Below, one piece after another: positions 41,316 to 50,326 of a stretch of DNA of 64,000 bases. Source of the stretch: an uncultured delta proteobacterium (GTDB taxonomy: Bacteria; Desulfobacterota; Syntrophia; Syntrophales; UBA5619). The stretch lies in contig CAWFOM010000010.1 of assembly GCA_963817385.1 (NCBI GenBank), forward strand, positions 320,001-384,000, in the 5' to 3' direction. Made by a program: the position numbers and the translations under genes. Below the pieces are notes generated by a model that did not search any database, was not told the DNA's origin, and was given only the letters and a program-made list of their open reading frames with translations. The stretch's first letter is position 1; each line of letters opens with the position of its first letter.

Positions 41316-41831
41316 TCAGTTTATGCCGGATATCGTTTCCGTCTCGGCTCCGCCCATCACCCGGTCGATGTCGAGGAGGATCTTGACTCCCTGCCCCAAT
41401 TTTGCCATGCCGAGGATATACTCCGTGTCGAGTTTCGACCCGAAATCTGGCGTGGCCTCGACGTCCGCGGCGTGTATATTCAGCACTTCCGAAACGGAAT
41501 CGACGACGATACCCATGAACACCTTTCCGGCGCCAAGTGCGATTTCAACAACAATAATGCACGTCCTTTCGGTGTAGGCCATCGTTTCAATTCCAAACTT
41601 GAGCCGAAGGTCGACGACAGGGATCACCTTGCCGCGCAGGTTGATGACCCCTTTGATCTGTCCCGGCGCCCTCGGCACCGCCGTGATCGGCATCATCCCG
41701 ATGATCTCCTTCACCTTAAGGATCCCGATGCCGTACTCCTCTCCCGCCAGAGAGAAGGTCAGATATTTCCCTTCGTGATGCGCTCCGGTCTTGGCGGCCT
41801 GCTCTGTGATATCCATCGTATCTGCTCCCAT
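41316..41831 (-). CDS. cheW: Chemotaxis coupling protein CheW
   Basis: KYLTFSL..EEYGIGILKVKEII, GVINLRGKVIPVVDLR, GIVVDSVSEV, ILLDID. Confidence 0.97.
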   Translation of the reverse strand: MGADTMDITEQAAKTGAHHEGKYLTFSLAGEEYGIGILKVKEIIGMMPITAVPRAPGQIKGVINLRGKVIPVVDLRLKFGIETMAYTERTCIIVVEIALGAGKVFMGIVVDSVSEVLNIHAADVEATPDFGSKLDTEYILGMAKLGQGVKILLDIDRVMGGAETETISGIN

Positions 41832-41940
41832 TTACCTCAATCTCCCGTTTGATAATCCCGGCTTCTCTCCCCTGAACAATGCCGGTCGGCGCGGAAAGAA
41901 CGGAGGGGGTGTAACCCTCCCCACACGGACCGCGTCGATG

Positions 41941-42006
41941 TTAAAAGTCCTTGAAATCGCGCGTCTCCAGAGGGATGACCAGATACAACTTCGTTGACAC
42001 CTCCAT
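41941..42006 (-). CDS. 21-aa micro-ORF or MCP remnant ending in VIPLETRDFKDF
   Basis: Manual translation MEVSTKLYLVIPLETRDFKDF; the end resembles chemoreceptor C-terminal pentapeptide tethers; lies between the sigma54 promoter and cheW. Confidence 0.5.
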   Translation of the reverse strand: MEVSTKLYLVIPLETRDFKDF

Positions 42007-42085
42007 GGTTTACTTTTTTTCAATTATTAGGTCTTCGAACTCTTTCGCTGATTCGAAGATATTTCCTGCCATGCAGTGCAGATTG

Positions 42086-42102
42086 AGCAAGAGGGATGCC
42101 AA
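42086..42102 (-). promoter_or_regulatory. sigma54 (-24/-12) promoter
   Basis: Minus strand TTGGCATCCCTCTTGCT, i.e. GG-N10-GC consensus, pointing toward cheW. Confidence 0.8.
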
Positions 42103-42260
42103 TTCGATCTAGTTCTCCGGGCAGATCATCCTTTCGGGTTATAATCAGCAAAATTTCGTCAGGAATATATTGTTTACGAGTGGTTGGACGCCTTATCTTG
42201 TTTTCACGTGAAGTACATCAACCTGTCTATCGATTCCGGGAACTATGAATGGAATGGTGG

Positions 42261-42322
42261 CTTGTCCGGGAGTAACGGATTTTGTCCGGTGAAGGCGGAT
42301 TCTGTCCGGTTATCCCGGACAA
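42261..42322. promoter_or_regulatory. Three tandem 20-bp boxes, probable enhancer-binding-protein sites
   Basis: TGTCCG-N7-CGGA(TT/TT/CA) repeated three times at exact 20-bp period; third unit has perfectly inverted arms; about 160-220 bp upstream of the sigma54 site. Confidence 0.7.
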
Positions 42323-42590
42323 GCGCCATATTGGAGCAGTATTTCGATGTCTTCACTGGTATACAGGTGTCATGATCCGCCGGTAAACCGCCGGGTCAAG
42401 ACGCGTCGAAGGGTTCATGTTCCTGAGAATTGTTTGAGAAATGCGCCATTGTGAAAATTAGGTTTGACTTTCCCGCCCATTTCTCCTATATAGGCCGTCG
42501 GTTTCCGTGTGCAGCTTGTCGTCCACTGGCAAAATCTGTGCACCGTTGCAGGAGTGGGGGGGCCCCCGAATAACCAAGAGGAGGTACTTC

Positions 42591-43556
42591 ATGATGAGAC
42601 GGCGGATTTTCCTCTGGATGGGACTCGGCGTCCTGTTCGCATGGCTCGGGTTGTGCGCGGAAGGTCTTGCCCGGGAGACCTATCAGGTCCGAAGCGGCGA
42701 CACCCTCTCCGGCATTTCCGAAAAGAGCGGCGTTTCCATCGACGCCCTGAAGGCCGCCAACAACCTGAAGGGCTGCAAACTAAAACCCCGTCAAATCCTC
42801 GTTATTCCCGCCTTGCCTGCCGATACATCCTCGAAATCCCGACAGCCTCCGTCCACCAGGACCGAAGTCTATCGGGTCATCAAGGGAGATACCTTTGCCC
42901 GCATCGCCAAGAAAACCGGGATCTCCGTCGCCGAACTCCGCGAACTCAACCGCCTGCAGGGAAACGCCCTGAAGATCGGGCAGAGGCTTGCCCTTGCCAA
43001 GAAACAGGATCGGGACGCGGATCCGGCGCCGATGGAATATAGGAAGAATCTGGTCATATCGGATGCGGAGGAGGAAGAGGATGATGGCGGGATCGCCACC
43101 GAAGAAGCCTTGGCCGAGATCGAGAGGCGCAAGCAGGAGAGTGCGGCGCTCCTCGGGAATTGGACCAACCCCGACGAACCGAAACTGCTCGTCAAGGTTG
43201 CGATGGGCTTTCTCGGCGCTCCCTACCGCCTGGGCGGCTACTCGGTAACAGGACTCGACTGTTCGGGATTCGCGAAGAAGATCTATCAGATTTTCAATAT
43301 CGATCTTCCCCGGACGGCCTTCGAACAGTCCCGTGTCGGCTTGCGCGTTTCGCGCAACGAGCTTATCGAAGGGGATCTTCTCTTCTTTAATACGAGAAGA
43401 AAGCTCGGACATGTCGGAATCTACATCGGCAACAACCAATTCGTTCACGCCTCTTCGCGGAAACGGGGAGTCCGCATCGACAATCTCAGCATGCCGTATT
43501 TCGATAAGCGATTCGTCCGGGCGGTCCGTCTCAAGGGAAGCGATGAGGGCCTGTAG
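42591..43556 (+). CDS. LysM-repeat NlpC/P60 peptidoglycan endopeptidase
   Basis: Signal peptide; two LysM (YQVRSGDTL, YRVIKGDTF); GAPYRLGG, LDCSG, LPRTA, GDLLFF, HVGIYIG, FVHAS. Confidence 0.95.
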   Translation: MMRRRIFLWMGLGVLFAWLGLCAEGLARETYQVRSGDTLSGISEKSGVSIDALKAANNLKGCKLKPRQILVIPALPADTSSKSRQPPSTRTEVYRVIKGDTFARIAKKTGISVAELRELNRLQGNALKIGQRLALAKKQDRDADPAPMEYRKNLVISDAEEEEDDGGIATEEALAEIERRKQESAALLGNWTNPDEPKLLVKVAMGFLGAPYRLGGYSVTGLDCSGFAKKIYQIFNIDLPRTAFEQSRVGLRVSRNELIEGDLLFFNTRRKLGHVGIYIGNNQFVHASSRKRGVRIDNLSMPYFDKRFVRAVRLKGSDEGL

Positions 43557-43563
43557 GGAACCG

Positions 43564-44556
43564 GTGGAATCCGGCCGTTTAGCGAATGACGGGACAATCC
43601 CCGTATTGATCCTGATTCTTGCGCTTGTTCTCCTGTTTCTGACTGCGGCAACCGATCTTTCCGCAGCTCCCCGAATCTCCAACTATCATGCAGTTTTCAT
43701 TCCTTTTTATAGCGAGACAGGGTCGCTTATGGCCGCCGTCCGCCGGTACAATCAGGACGCCGACGACTTTTTTCTCGTCCTTGATCCGTACCGTTTCGAG
43801 CTTAGCGGGATGAGTGGTGCGAAGGTCGTCTCGGCCCGTCTTTCCGGGGCCGATGCCTGGCGGGAAACCCCCTTTTCCCGTGCTCTCGCCCGGCATACCT
43901 CTCCTCCCTATCCTATCCAGAACGACGGCCTGCGCGAGGCCGACCATCCCGTAGCGGGTTTTTTCCTGACGGCCGACCTCTGTCCCGCGAAAAAGTCCCT
44001 GGATCGCCGTTTCATCGAAGCGACGACCGCGCTCCCGCTGAAGCCGCCGGTGCCGGTCGCCCTGATGGTAAGCGGCCTCTGGATTCAGCGGCATACCGAC
44101 GATCTGGCCTGGCTAAAGTATCAGGCAGCTGCGGGAAGGATCTCGATCACCTGGGTCAACCACTCCTTCACCCATCCTTACGATCCTTCCGCCCCCCTGG
44201 AGAAGAATTTCCTCCTGAGCCCGAAGACGGATCTTCTCAACGAGGTACTCTCCCTGGAGCGCCTCCTTCTCGAACAGGGGCTGACGCCCTCCCCTTTCTT
44301 CCGTTTTCCGGGTCTCGTCTCGAACCGGCACCTGATCGAACAGCTCCGCGACCTCTCCCTCATCCCGGTCGGCAGCAACGCCTGGCTTGCCAAGGGGGAA
44401 TCGCCGCACCCGGGGAGCATCATCCTGGTTCACGCCAACGGCAACGAACCGGAGGGGATAAACCTCCTCCTCTCTTTCTTCAGCGAGCATCGCGAGGCCT
44501 TCCGCCGGGGCGATGCCACCCTCCTTCCTCTCCGGGAGGCTTTCTCGCCCCGCTGA
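43564..44556 (+). CDS. Secreted polysaccharide deacetylase-like protein (start uncertain)
   Basis: Hydrophobic N-terminus, LTADLCP, WVNHSFTH, FFRFPGL, IILVHANGNE. Confidence 0.75.
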   Translation: MESGRLANDGTIPVLILILALVLLFLTAATDLSAAPRISNYHAVFIPFYSETGSLMAAVRRYNQDADDFFLVLDPYRFELSGMSGAKVVSARLSGADAWRETPFSRALARHTSPPYPIQNDGLREADHPVAGFFLTADLCPAKKSLDRRFIEATTALPLKPPVPVALMVSGLWIQRHTDDLAWLKYQAAAGRISITWVNHSFTHPYDPSAPLEKNFLLSPKTDLLNEVLSLERLLLEQGLTPSPFFRFPGLVSNRHLIEQLRDLSLIPVGSNAWLAKGESPHPGSIILVHANGNEPEGINLLLSFFSEHREAFRRGDATLLPLREAFSPR

Positions 44557-44770
44557 TCTTTGTTTTCCCATGCCCTCCGGCAGTTTTGCGTTGATTTCTT
44601 CCCGGATTCCCTCTATATTTCCTCCAAGTGAATCGGGGTTGTACGACCGAGCGGAATGGGCTGTCCGCATGATCTTCATTGTCGCCACGCGCCGCCCCCT
44701 GCCCGGATGGCCGTCCGATACCCGGAAGGCGGCTCAGCTTCACCGGGAGAACAAAAAGAAAGAGGAACCC

Positions 44771-45637
44771 ATGTTAAAGAGCTCCCTTGTGTTTGTCGCC
44801 ATCGGAATCGCCGCCATGCTATGCGGCGGTTGTGTAGCCAAGAGCGATTATCTCCAGAAACAGGCTGAAGCCGATGGCCTGAACCGGAATCTGGCGGTCC
44901 TGACCGCTGAAAACACCGGCCTCAAGGAGCAGATCGACCGCTTGCATGCCAACCGGGACAGACTGATTGTCGAGCGGGATACGCTGGTGGCCGAACGGGA
45001 TAAACTGGCTGCCGAGCGGGATGACCTCAGCACCCGCCTCGTTGCAAAAACGGGGGAGACGATCCGTGCGATCGATAAGTTACAGGAACGGAATGCCGAA
45101 TTGGAAGGCGACAAGCAGATGCTCCAGGAGAGCATTACCCTGCTCAAGAAGACCCGGGAGGAGGCGGTCCGGACCGTCAGCAAGACCTACGAAAATCTCC
45201 TCGCCGAGATGAAGGGCGAGATCGAACAGGGGCAGATTGCCATCACCGAGCTCAAGGGGAAGCTGACCGTGGATGTCGTTGACAAGATCCTCTTCGACTC
45301 CGGCCGGGCGGAGGTCAAGCCGGAAGGACTGGAAGTGCTCAAACGGGTCGTCGCGATCTTGATGGAGGTTACGGACAAGACGATCCGCGTCGAAGGCCAC
45401 ACGGACAATGTGCCTATCTCGGGGGCCCTCGTGAAAAGATATCCGACGAACTGGGAGCTCTCCGCCGCCCGGTCGATCACGGTCACCCGGTATCTGGAGA
45501 AGGAAGGGCTTGATCCCGCACTCCTGTCGGCGGCCGCCTTCGGGGAGTACCAGCCGGTGGCCGACAACGATACCCCCGAGGGACGGGCCAAGAACCGGCG
45601 GATCGCCATCATCCTGCTGCCAAAGGAGGAGAAGTGA
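44771..45637 (+). CDS. OmpA/MotB-family lipoprotein with coiled coil
   Basis: Lipobox-like CGGC, coiled coil, ILFDSG, VEGHTDN, NWELSAAR, GRAKNRRIAI. Confidence 0.9.
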   Translation: MLKSSLVFVAIGIAAMLCGGCVAKSDYLQKQAEADGLNRNLAVLTAENTGLKEQIDRLHANRDRLIVERDTLVAERDKLAAERDDLSTRLVAKTGETIRAIDKLQERNAELEGDKQMLQESITLLKKTREEAVRTVSKTYENLLAEMKGEIEQGQIAITELKGKLTVDVVDKILFDSGRAEVKPEGLEVLKRVVAILMEVTDKTIRVEGHTDNVPISGALVKRYPTNWELSAARSITVTRYLEKEGLDPALLSAAAFGEYQPVADNDTPEGRAKNRRIAIILLPKEEK

Positions 45638-45696
45638 CCGGTTCCGCCGCGCATCCCACGTCCGCAGCCAAGTCCGCGCCGCCGGCGATAAAAACC

Positions 45697-46770
45697 ATGG
45701 CGGCAAGACCCAACATCCGGGACCTTTCGCTCCCGGAGATCGAAGCCTTCATCACGAACATGGGCAAGGAGAAGTACCGCGCCCGGCAGATCATGAAGTG
45801 GCTCTACCAGGCGGGGGCGACCTCCTTCGCTCAGATGACCACCCTGGCCCGGGAGTTCCGCGCCCGGATGGAGGAACTCTTTCTCATCGCGGAGCCCTCG
45901 ATCGATCTCGTCCAGCAATCGGCGGACTCCACGAAGAAGATCCTCTTTCGGCTCGCCGACGGCCTCGCCGTCGAGAGCGTCCTCATCCCGGGGAAGAACC
46001 ACTGGACCGCCTGCATCTCCACCCAGGCGGGCTGCGCGATGGGTTGCAGCTTCTGCCTAACCGGCCGCCAGGGTCTCAAGCGGAACCTCCTCCCCTCCGA
46101 GATCACAGGCCAGATGACGATGCTCCGCCGCCACACCGCCGAGGGTCCGAACATCCTGAACATCGTCCTGATGGGGATGGGGGAGCCGCTGGCGAACTAC
46201 GAAAACACCGTCAAGGCGATCCGGATACTCACCTCCGACTACGGTCTGGGCTTCTCCAACCGGAAGATCACCGTCTCGACCTGCGGCCTCGCCCCCCAGA
46301 TCGTCCAGTTGGGGAAGGATATCTGCGTCAACCTCGCCATCTCGCTCAACGCCCCCGACGACCGGAGACGGAACGAACTGATGCCGGTCAACCGGAAGTA
46401 TCCCCTGGCTACGCTGCTGGCGGCCTGCCGTGATTACCCGATGCCGGGACGACGGATGCTCACCTTCGAATATATCCTCATGGCAGGGATCAACGACGCC
46501 CCGGCGGATGCGGAGAAGCTGGCCCGCCTGCTCAAGGGGCTCCGGTGCAAGCTGAACCTCATTGCCTTCAACGAATTCCCCGGTTCGCCGTTCAAGACGC
46601 CCTCACCCGAAGCGGTCAGCACCTTTCAACAGGTTCTTCTCGACCGCCACTACACGGCGATCCTCCGGGCGAGCCGCGGCCGGGACATTCTCGCCGCCTG
46701 CGGGCAGCTGAGCGGCCAGGACTCCCGGAAAACGGGGCCCGCCCCGGACAGCGGCAACCGCCGGCCGTGA
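45697..46770 (+). CDS. rlmN: 23S rRNA/tRNA m2A methyltransferase RlmN
   Basis: CISTQAGCAMGCSFCLTG, MGMGEPLAN, ISLNA, TFEYIL, DILAACGQL. Confidence 0.96.
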   Translation: MAARPNIRDLSLPEIEAFITNMGKEKYRARQIMKWLYQAGATSFAQMTTLAREFRARMEELFLIAEPSIDLVQQSADSTKKILFRLADGLAVESVLIPGKNHWTACISTQAGCAMGCSFCLTGRQGLKRNLLPSEITGQMTMLRRHTAEGPNILNIVLMGMGEPLANYENTVKAIRILTSDYGLGFSNRKITVSTCGLAPQIVQLGKDICVNLAISLNAPDDRRRNELMPVNRKYPLATLLAACRDYPMPGRRMLTFEYILMAGINDAPADAEKLARLLKGLRCKLNLIAFNEFPGSPFKTPSPEAVSTFQQVLLDRHYTAILRASRGRDILAACGQLSGQDSRKTGPAPDSGNRRP

Positions 46771-46922
46771 TCACCCCGGCCACATCTGCATAGTTGACCG
46801 TTCAGCTTTGAAGCTGGATGCGCATCGGTAAAATAAAAGCTGTTCGGCGTGATTCACGCCCGTTCGGTAACAAGGCGGGACCGATGGGGTACCGGATTTT
46901 TTCTAACGGGTTGGTGCAACCG

Positions 46923-47456
46923 ATGGTGAAGAAGGCAAAATGGGCGACGGCCAGGATTGTGTTCATCCTCGCAACATTGGCCAGTGTAGCTTCGGGCAAT
47001 GTTCTGGGCTACCTCCTGGGACCCCTCTATTCCTGGTATTTTTTCAATGATCTTAAATTTTTCAAATACCGTCGGTATTTTTTCTCCATGCCCGTCTGCG
47101 CCTGGAGACTTCTCACCGAATGGATCCGGAACCCGGCTTACCGCAGCATGTTTGCCATTCCCCTCGCGTCGCCGCCCGTGACAGGCCCGGATCGATCCGT
47201 CGTCCGCGTCCGCACAGCCTGGCCTGAAAATGACGGCTCCTGCAACGGCTGCATACAATGCTGCACCAGGAGATCCTGTCCGCTGCTGGACACCGACCAG
47301 AATCGGTGCAGAAGCTACGGATCGTTCTTCTGGCGCTATTTCAACTGCGGACGATACCCCGAAAACGCCGACCAGATCCGATACTATGAATGCCCGAAAT
47401 GGGAAATGTCCAATGAGCAGCGGAGTCTTAGGGGAGTAAATGGGGATAGATTTTAG
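46923..47456 (+). CDS. Hypothetical membrane-anchored Cys-cluster protein (start uncertain)
   Basis: N-terminal hydrophobic segment; CNGCIQCC..CPLL..CRSYG..NCGRYP..ECPKW. Confidence 0.65.
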   Translation: MVKKAKWATARIVFILATLASVASGNVLGYLLGPLYSWYFFNDLKFFKYRRYFFSMPVCAWRLLTEWIRNPAYRSMFAIPLASPPVTGPDRSVVRVRTAWPENDGSCNGCIQCCTRRSCPLLDTDQNRCRSYGSFFWRYFNCGRYPENADQIRYYECPKWEMSNEQRSLRGVNGDRF

Positions 47457-47698
47457 GTTGGGTTCATATGGCTTATGAAGCGATCCAGGTTGAGTGCTAC
47501 AGCGGTTATCGGGTCAATGAACGCCCTGCCGCTTTCACGTTCAGGGAACGTCGCCGGGATGTATTGGAAATCGTCGATCGCTGGTATGAAGGTGGCATTG
47601 ATGCTTCCCGACCGGAAATAAGAGAATACTTTCCCCCTTGACTTCATTACAATGAAAAAATACAGCACGCATATCTGGGGGAGTGACGTATTGGTGAT

Positions 47699-47743
47699 CA
47701 AAAAACAAATGCCGGGTTGAGCGCAAAACACACTCACCCCGGC
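47699..47743 (-). terminator. Intrinsic terminator after the ORF at 47771-48094
   Basis: Minus strand GCCGGGGTGAG..CTCAACCCGGC followed by ATTTGTTTTTTG. Confidence 0.6.
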
Positions 47744-47770
47744 ACTTACATTCAGTCCATGATCAGGGGG

Positions 47771-48094
47771 TTATTTCATACTTTCTTTAAGATCTATCTG
47801 TTTCTTGAGTACCCGTTTATTGGTGCTTGGTGTTCCAGCATCTGCCCCACCACTCGCAGGGCACTCCACATCCACCATACGCCCTTTAATTCCCCTGCAT
47901 GAACAAGATACTGATCCACCTTGAGGGGGTGTCTGCATGGATATTCCGCGTTCTCCTTCAGCACATGCTTCAGAAGCTTTCGGAAGAGCCAGAGCCGGAG
48001 CAGACACAAAAAGTGTCCCTGTTATAAGGGATACTGCGGCAACCAAAAGAATGGCTTTCGACGTGGTGTTGCATTTCATTTGAGTGATGCGCAT
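47771..48094 (-). CDS. Small putative secreted hypothetical protein
   Basis: AAAGGAGG RBS, signal-like N-terminus, 4 Cys in mature part; promoter TTGACA-N17-TATCCT at 48154-48182 (-) and terminator downstream. Confidence 0.65.
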   Translation of the reverse strand: MRITQMKCNTTSKAILLVAAVSLITGTLFVSAPALALPKASEACAEGERGISMQTPPQGGSVSCSCRGIKGRMVDVECPASGGADAGTPSTNKRVLKKQIDLKESMK

Positions 48095-48530
48095 CGTTAT
48101 TCCTCCTTTTCATGCTTGATTGAATTGATAAGAACTTACTTTTGCATGGATTGAGGATAGGGGAAAAAATCTTGTGTGTCAAGGGGAATTATTACAACCG
48201 GTTGTGTCGAGAAAGTTGTATTCACAGGCGATTCTCTTGACAGTATAACCACATTGTGGTAGATAATTATTCAGTTGCCAGGGATCTTTTTCGCCACCTT
48301 CTAACTTTTTCGGTCCGAGTTTTGAGCAACCCGATGGCGATGGTCGCGAGATGGTCTGAGGTTTATGACGGGCGGCGGTTCAGTCGTTGTTTTTCAAGAA
48401 AATATAGAGGGGTGAAGAATAAGGACCGGTGATGAACTCGACGGTGAAGATGAAGGGCCGCCGTATCGGGGACTGCAATTAGAGCATTTCTGAAAGATTT
48501 GATGTCTTTGCTGGCGGAGTGGGAATACAA

Positions 48531-48914
48531 ATGGATAAAGATGAGTTTTCAAGGATTCGTCGCCATTTGGGGAAAACTCAAAGCCAATTAGCACGGTTGT
48601 TAGGTACGTCTTCAAAAGCCATCCAGAGCTTCGAGCAGGGCTGGAGAAACGTTCCCGTACACACGGAACGCCAGTTGCTTCTACTTCTGGTCCTGAAGAG
48701 TTCTCTTGGCAAAAAGACCAAACCCTGTTGGGTGATACGTAAGTGCCCTCCCAAGAGAATGCAGGCCTGTCCTGCGAGGGAATTTAGAGCAGGACATATT
48801 TGCTGGTTTATCAACGGAACATTCTGCCATGGAGAGGTGCAGGAAAGCTGGCCCAAGAAAATGAAAATATGCCGCCGGTGCGAAGTATTCCGGTCCATGC
48901 TGCCTGACTTCTAA
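48531..48914 (+). CDS. XRE-type HTH regulator fused to a Cys-rich 'two-CW' domain
   Basis: LGKTQSQLARLLG..SFEQGWR HTH; PCW..C..CPA..CWFINGTFCHG..CRRCEVF. Confidence 0.85.
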   Translation: MDKDEFSRIRRHLGKTQSQLARLLGTSSKAIQSFEQGWRNVPVHTERQLLLLLVLKSSLGKKTKPCWVIRKCPPKRMQACPAREFRAGHICWFINGTFCHGEVQESWPKKMKICRRCEVFRSMLPDF

Positions 48915-49021
48915 AAAAGCTTTCTGAGGATCCACACCCAAAACTCTCCTGAATGATTCGAGCAATAGAGGCATAGGAACTTAAGTACGGATCAGGAACA
49001 GAAAAGAAAAGGAGACCCGCT

Positions 49022-50011
49022 ATGTTTATGTTTACCGCAGGCAATCGCCTTTCACTCCGTCGAGTGCTCGTTTTGACCATTTTCGCCCTTACTCCGGCGG
49101 CTCCGCCACCTGAGGCATACGCCTTTACCTTATTGGCGCCAAAGGGCCAGAAGGCCTCCCTGGAATACACCATCGATATCAAGGGCAATGCGAGCGGCAC
49201 GAATAACAATTACCAATCCCAGCAATGGTCGACGAGTCGCTCGCTCGTCGTCAGGGCCACGCTGATAGCGCAGCAGCCAAGCATCCAGGATCCGGGTGAT
49301 CTTGGTGGACCCCATAGAGCCGCGAGCCCCCCGAAGAACGAGGCGTTCAAGCCCTCGCCCGAGATGGCGGCACTCGTGGCTAAATTGGAGAAGTGCGGCG
49401 ATGATATGTCCTGTCGGATGCGGGTGACGCAGGAGATGAGGCAGGATCCAAAGGTCAAAGACGATATACAGACGTTAACGAAAGCGGGCGAGTCGTTGCG
49501 CAAGGGTTCGCCGCGCTATCAGATCTGGTTTGCCGACCGGAAGACCCCGGCCACTGGAAAGATCAAGATGGAGGTACAGAGAGATCAGCTCTTCAAGACC
49601 GCGGTAGATGAACGAGAGACCTGTCGCGAAACCGCGGAGTTGAAGTTCGAAGATCTGATGCGTGGTGAGTGGCCCGCAACGATCAAGATCGACGCGCAGG
49701 CGGGGACCTACGCCGCGAACATCGGCCGCCTGGACAACACTTTCACGGCTAAGATTGATTGCGTTCGCCTCGACGGCAGGAAACGAAGCGAGCAGCACTC
49801 GACAAGCGGCAGAAAATTCCTCCCCGAGAAATATCAAAAAGGCACACCCGACGAGATCCAAGTTCTTCGGGGCCGTCCGGAAGCCGCCCCGGACGGGGGG
49901 TGGCTTGCGCAGGACAAGAAGGTGCTCATCGGCCTCTATGGTACACTGGTTGGCGACGTGCCCATGACCGCCGAAGTGAAGGTGCGCTGGTCGTTGATGC
50001 TGAAGAACTAA
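49022..50011 (+). CDS. Putative secreted hypothetical protein
   Basis: AAGGAG RBS, signal-like N-terminus, 329-aa open frame, no recognised motif. Confidence 0.65.
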   Translation: MFMFTAGNRLSLRRVLVLTIFALTPAAPPPEAYAFTLLAPKGQKASLEYTIDIKGNASGTNNNYQSQQWSTSRSLVVRATLIAQQPSIQDPGDLGGPHRAASPPKNEAFKPSPEMAALVAKLEKCGDDMSCRMRVTQEMRQDPKVKDDIQTLTKAGESLRKGSPRYQIWFADRKTPATGKIKMEVQRDQLFKTAVDERETCRETAELKFEDLMRGEWPATIKIDAQAGTYAANIGRLDNTFTAKIDCVRLDGRKRSEQHSTSGRKFLPEKYQKGTPDEIQVLRGRPEAAPDGGWLAQDKKVLIGLYGTLVGDVPMTAEVKVRWSLMLKN

Positions 50012-50326
50012 GTCGGCTCTTCTGGAGTGCACCCTTTTAAATGGTATTCATTATCCGTTATCGACTGAACTTAGTAATCGCAGAAGTTAGGGAAAGTTGC
50101 CGCTTTCAGATGGCAATGATCACTCCTACGGCATCCCCGACATATCTCTTCCGCAATCTTCGGCAAAACACCCACATTTTTTGTCCTTTTCGTTGACACA
50201 CAAGACCTTCTTGTTCTATGTCTCTTCACGAAAAAGAAATATCTTAACAGAATCAGATTGATTATTTTGGACGCGGGAACACCCCTGAGCCTGCCGGTAC
50301 TGACGGAAAGGTATCCCCGATAAGCT

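Noticed and set aside
42261..42322. Three regularly spaced repeats as a mini-CRISPR
   Set aside because: 20-bp period leaves no spacers and no cas genes are present; better explained as protein-binding boxes
47453..47737. 94-aa minus-strand ORF
   Set aside because: Starts within the terminator hairpin of the upstream gene, with no RBS or motif
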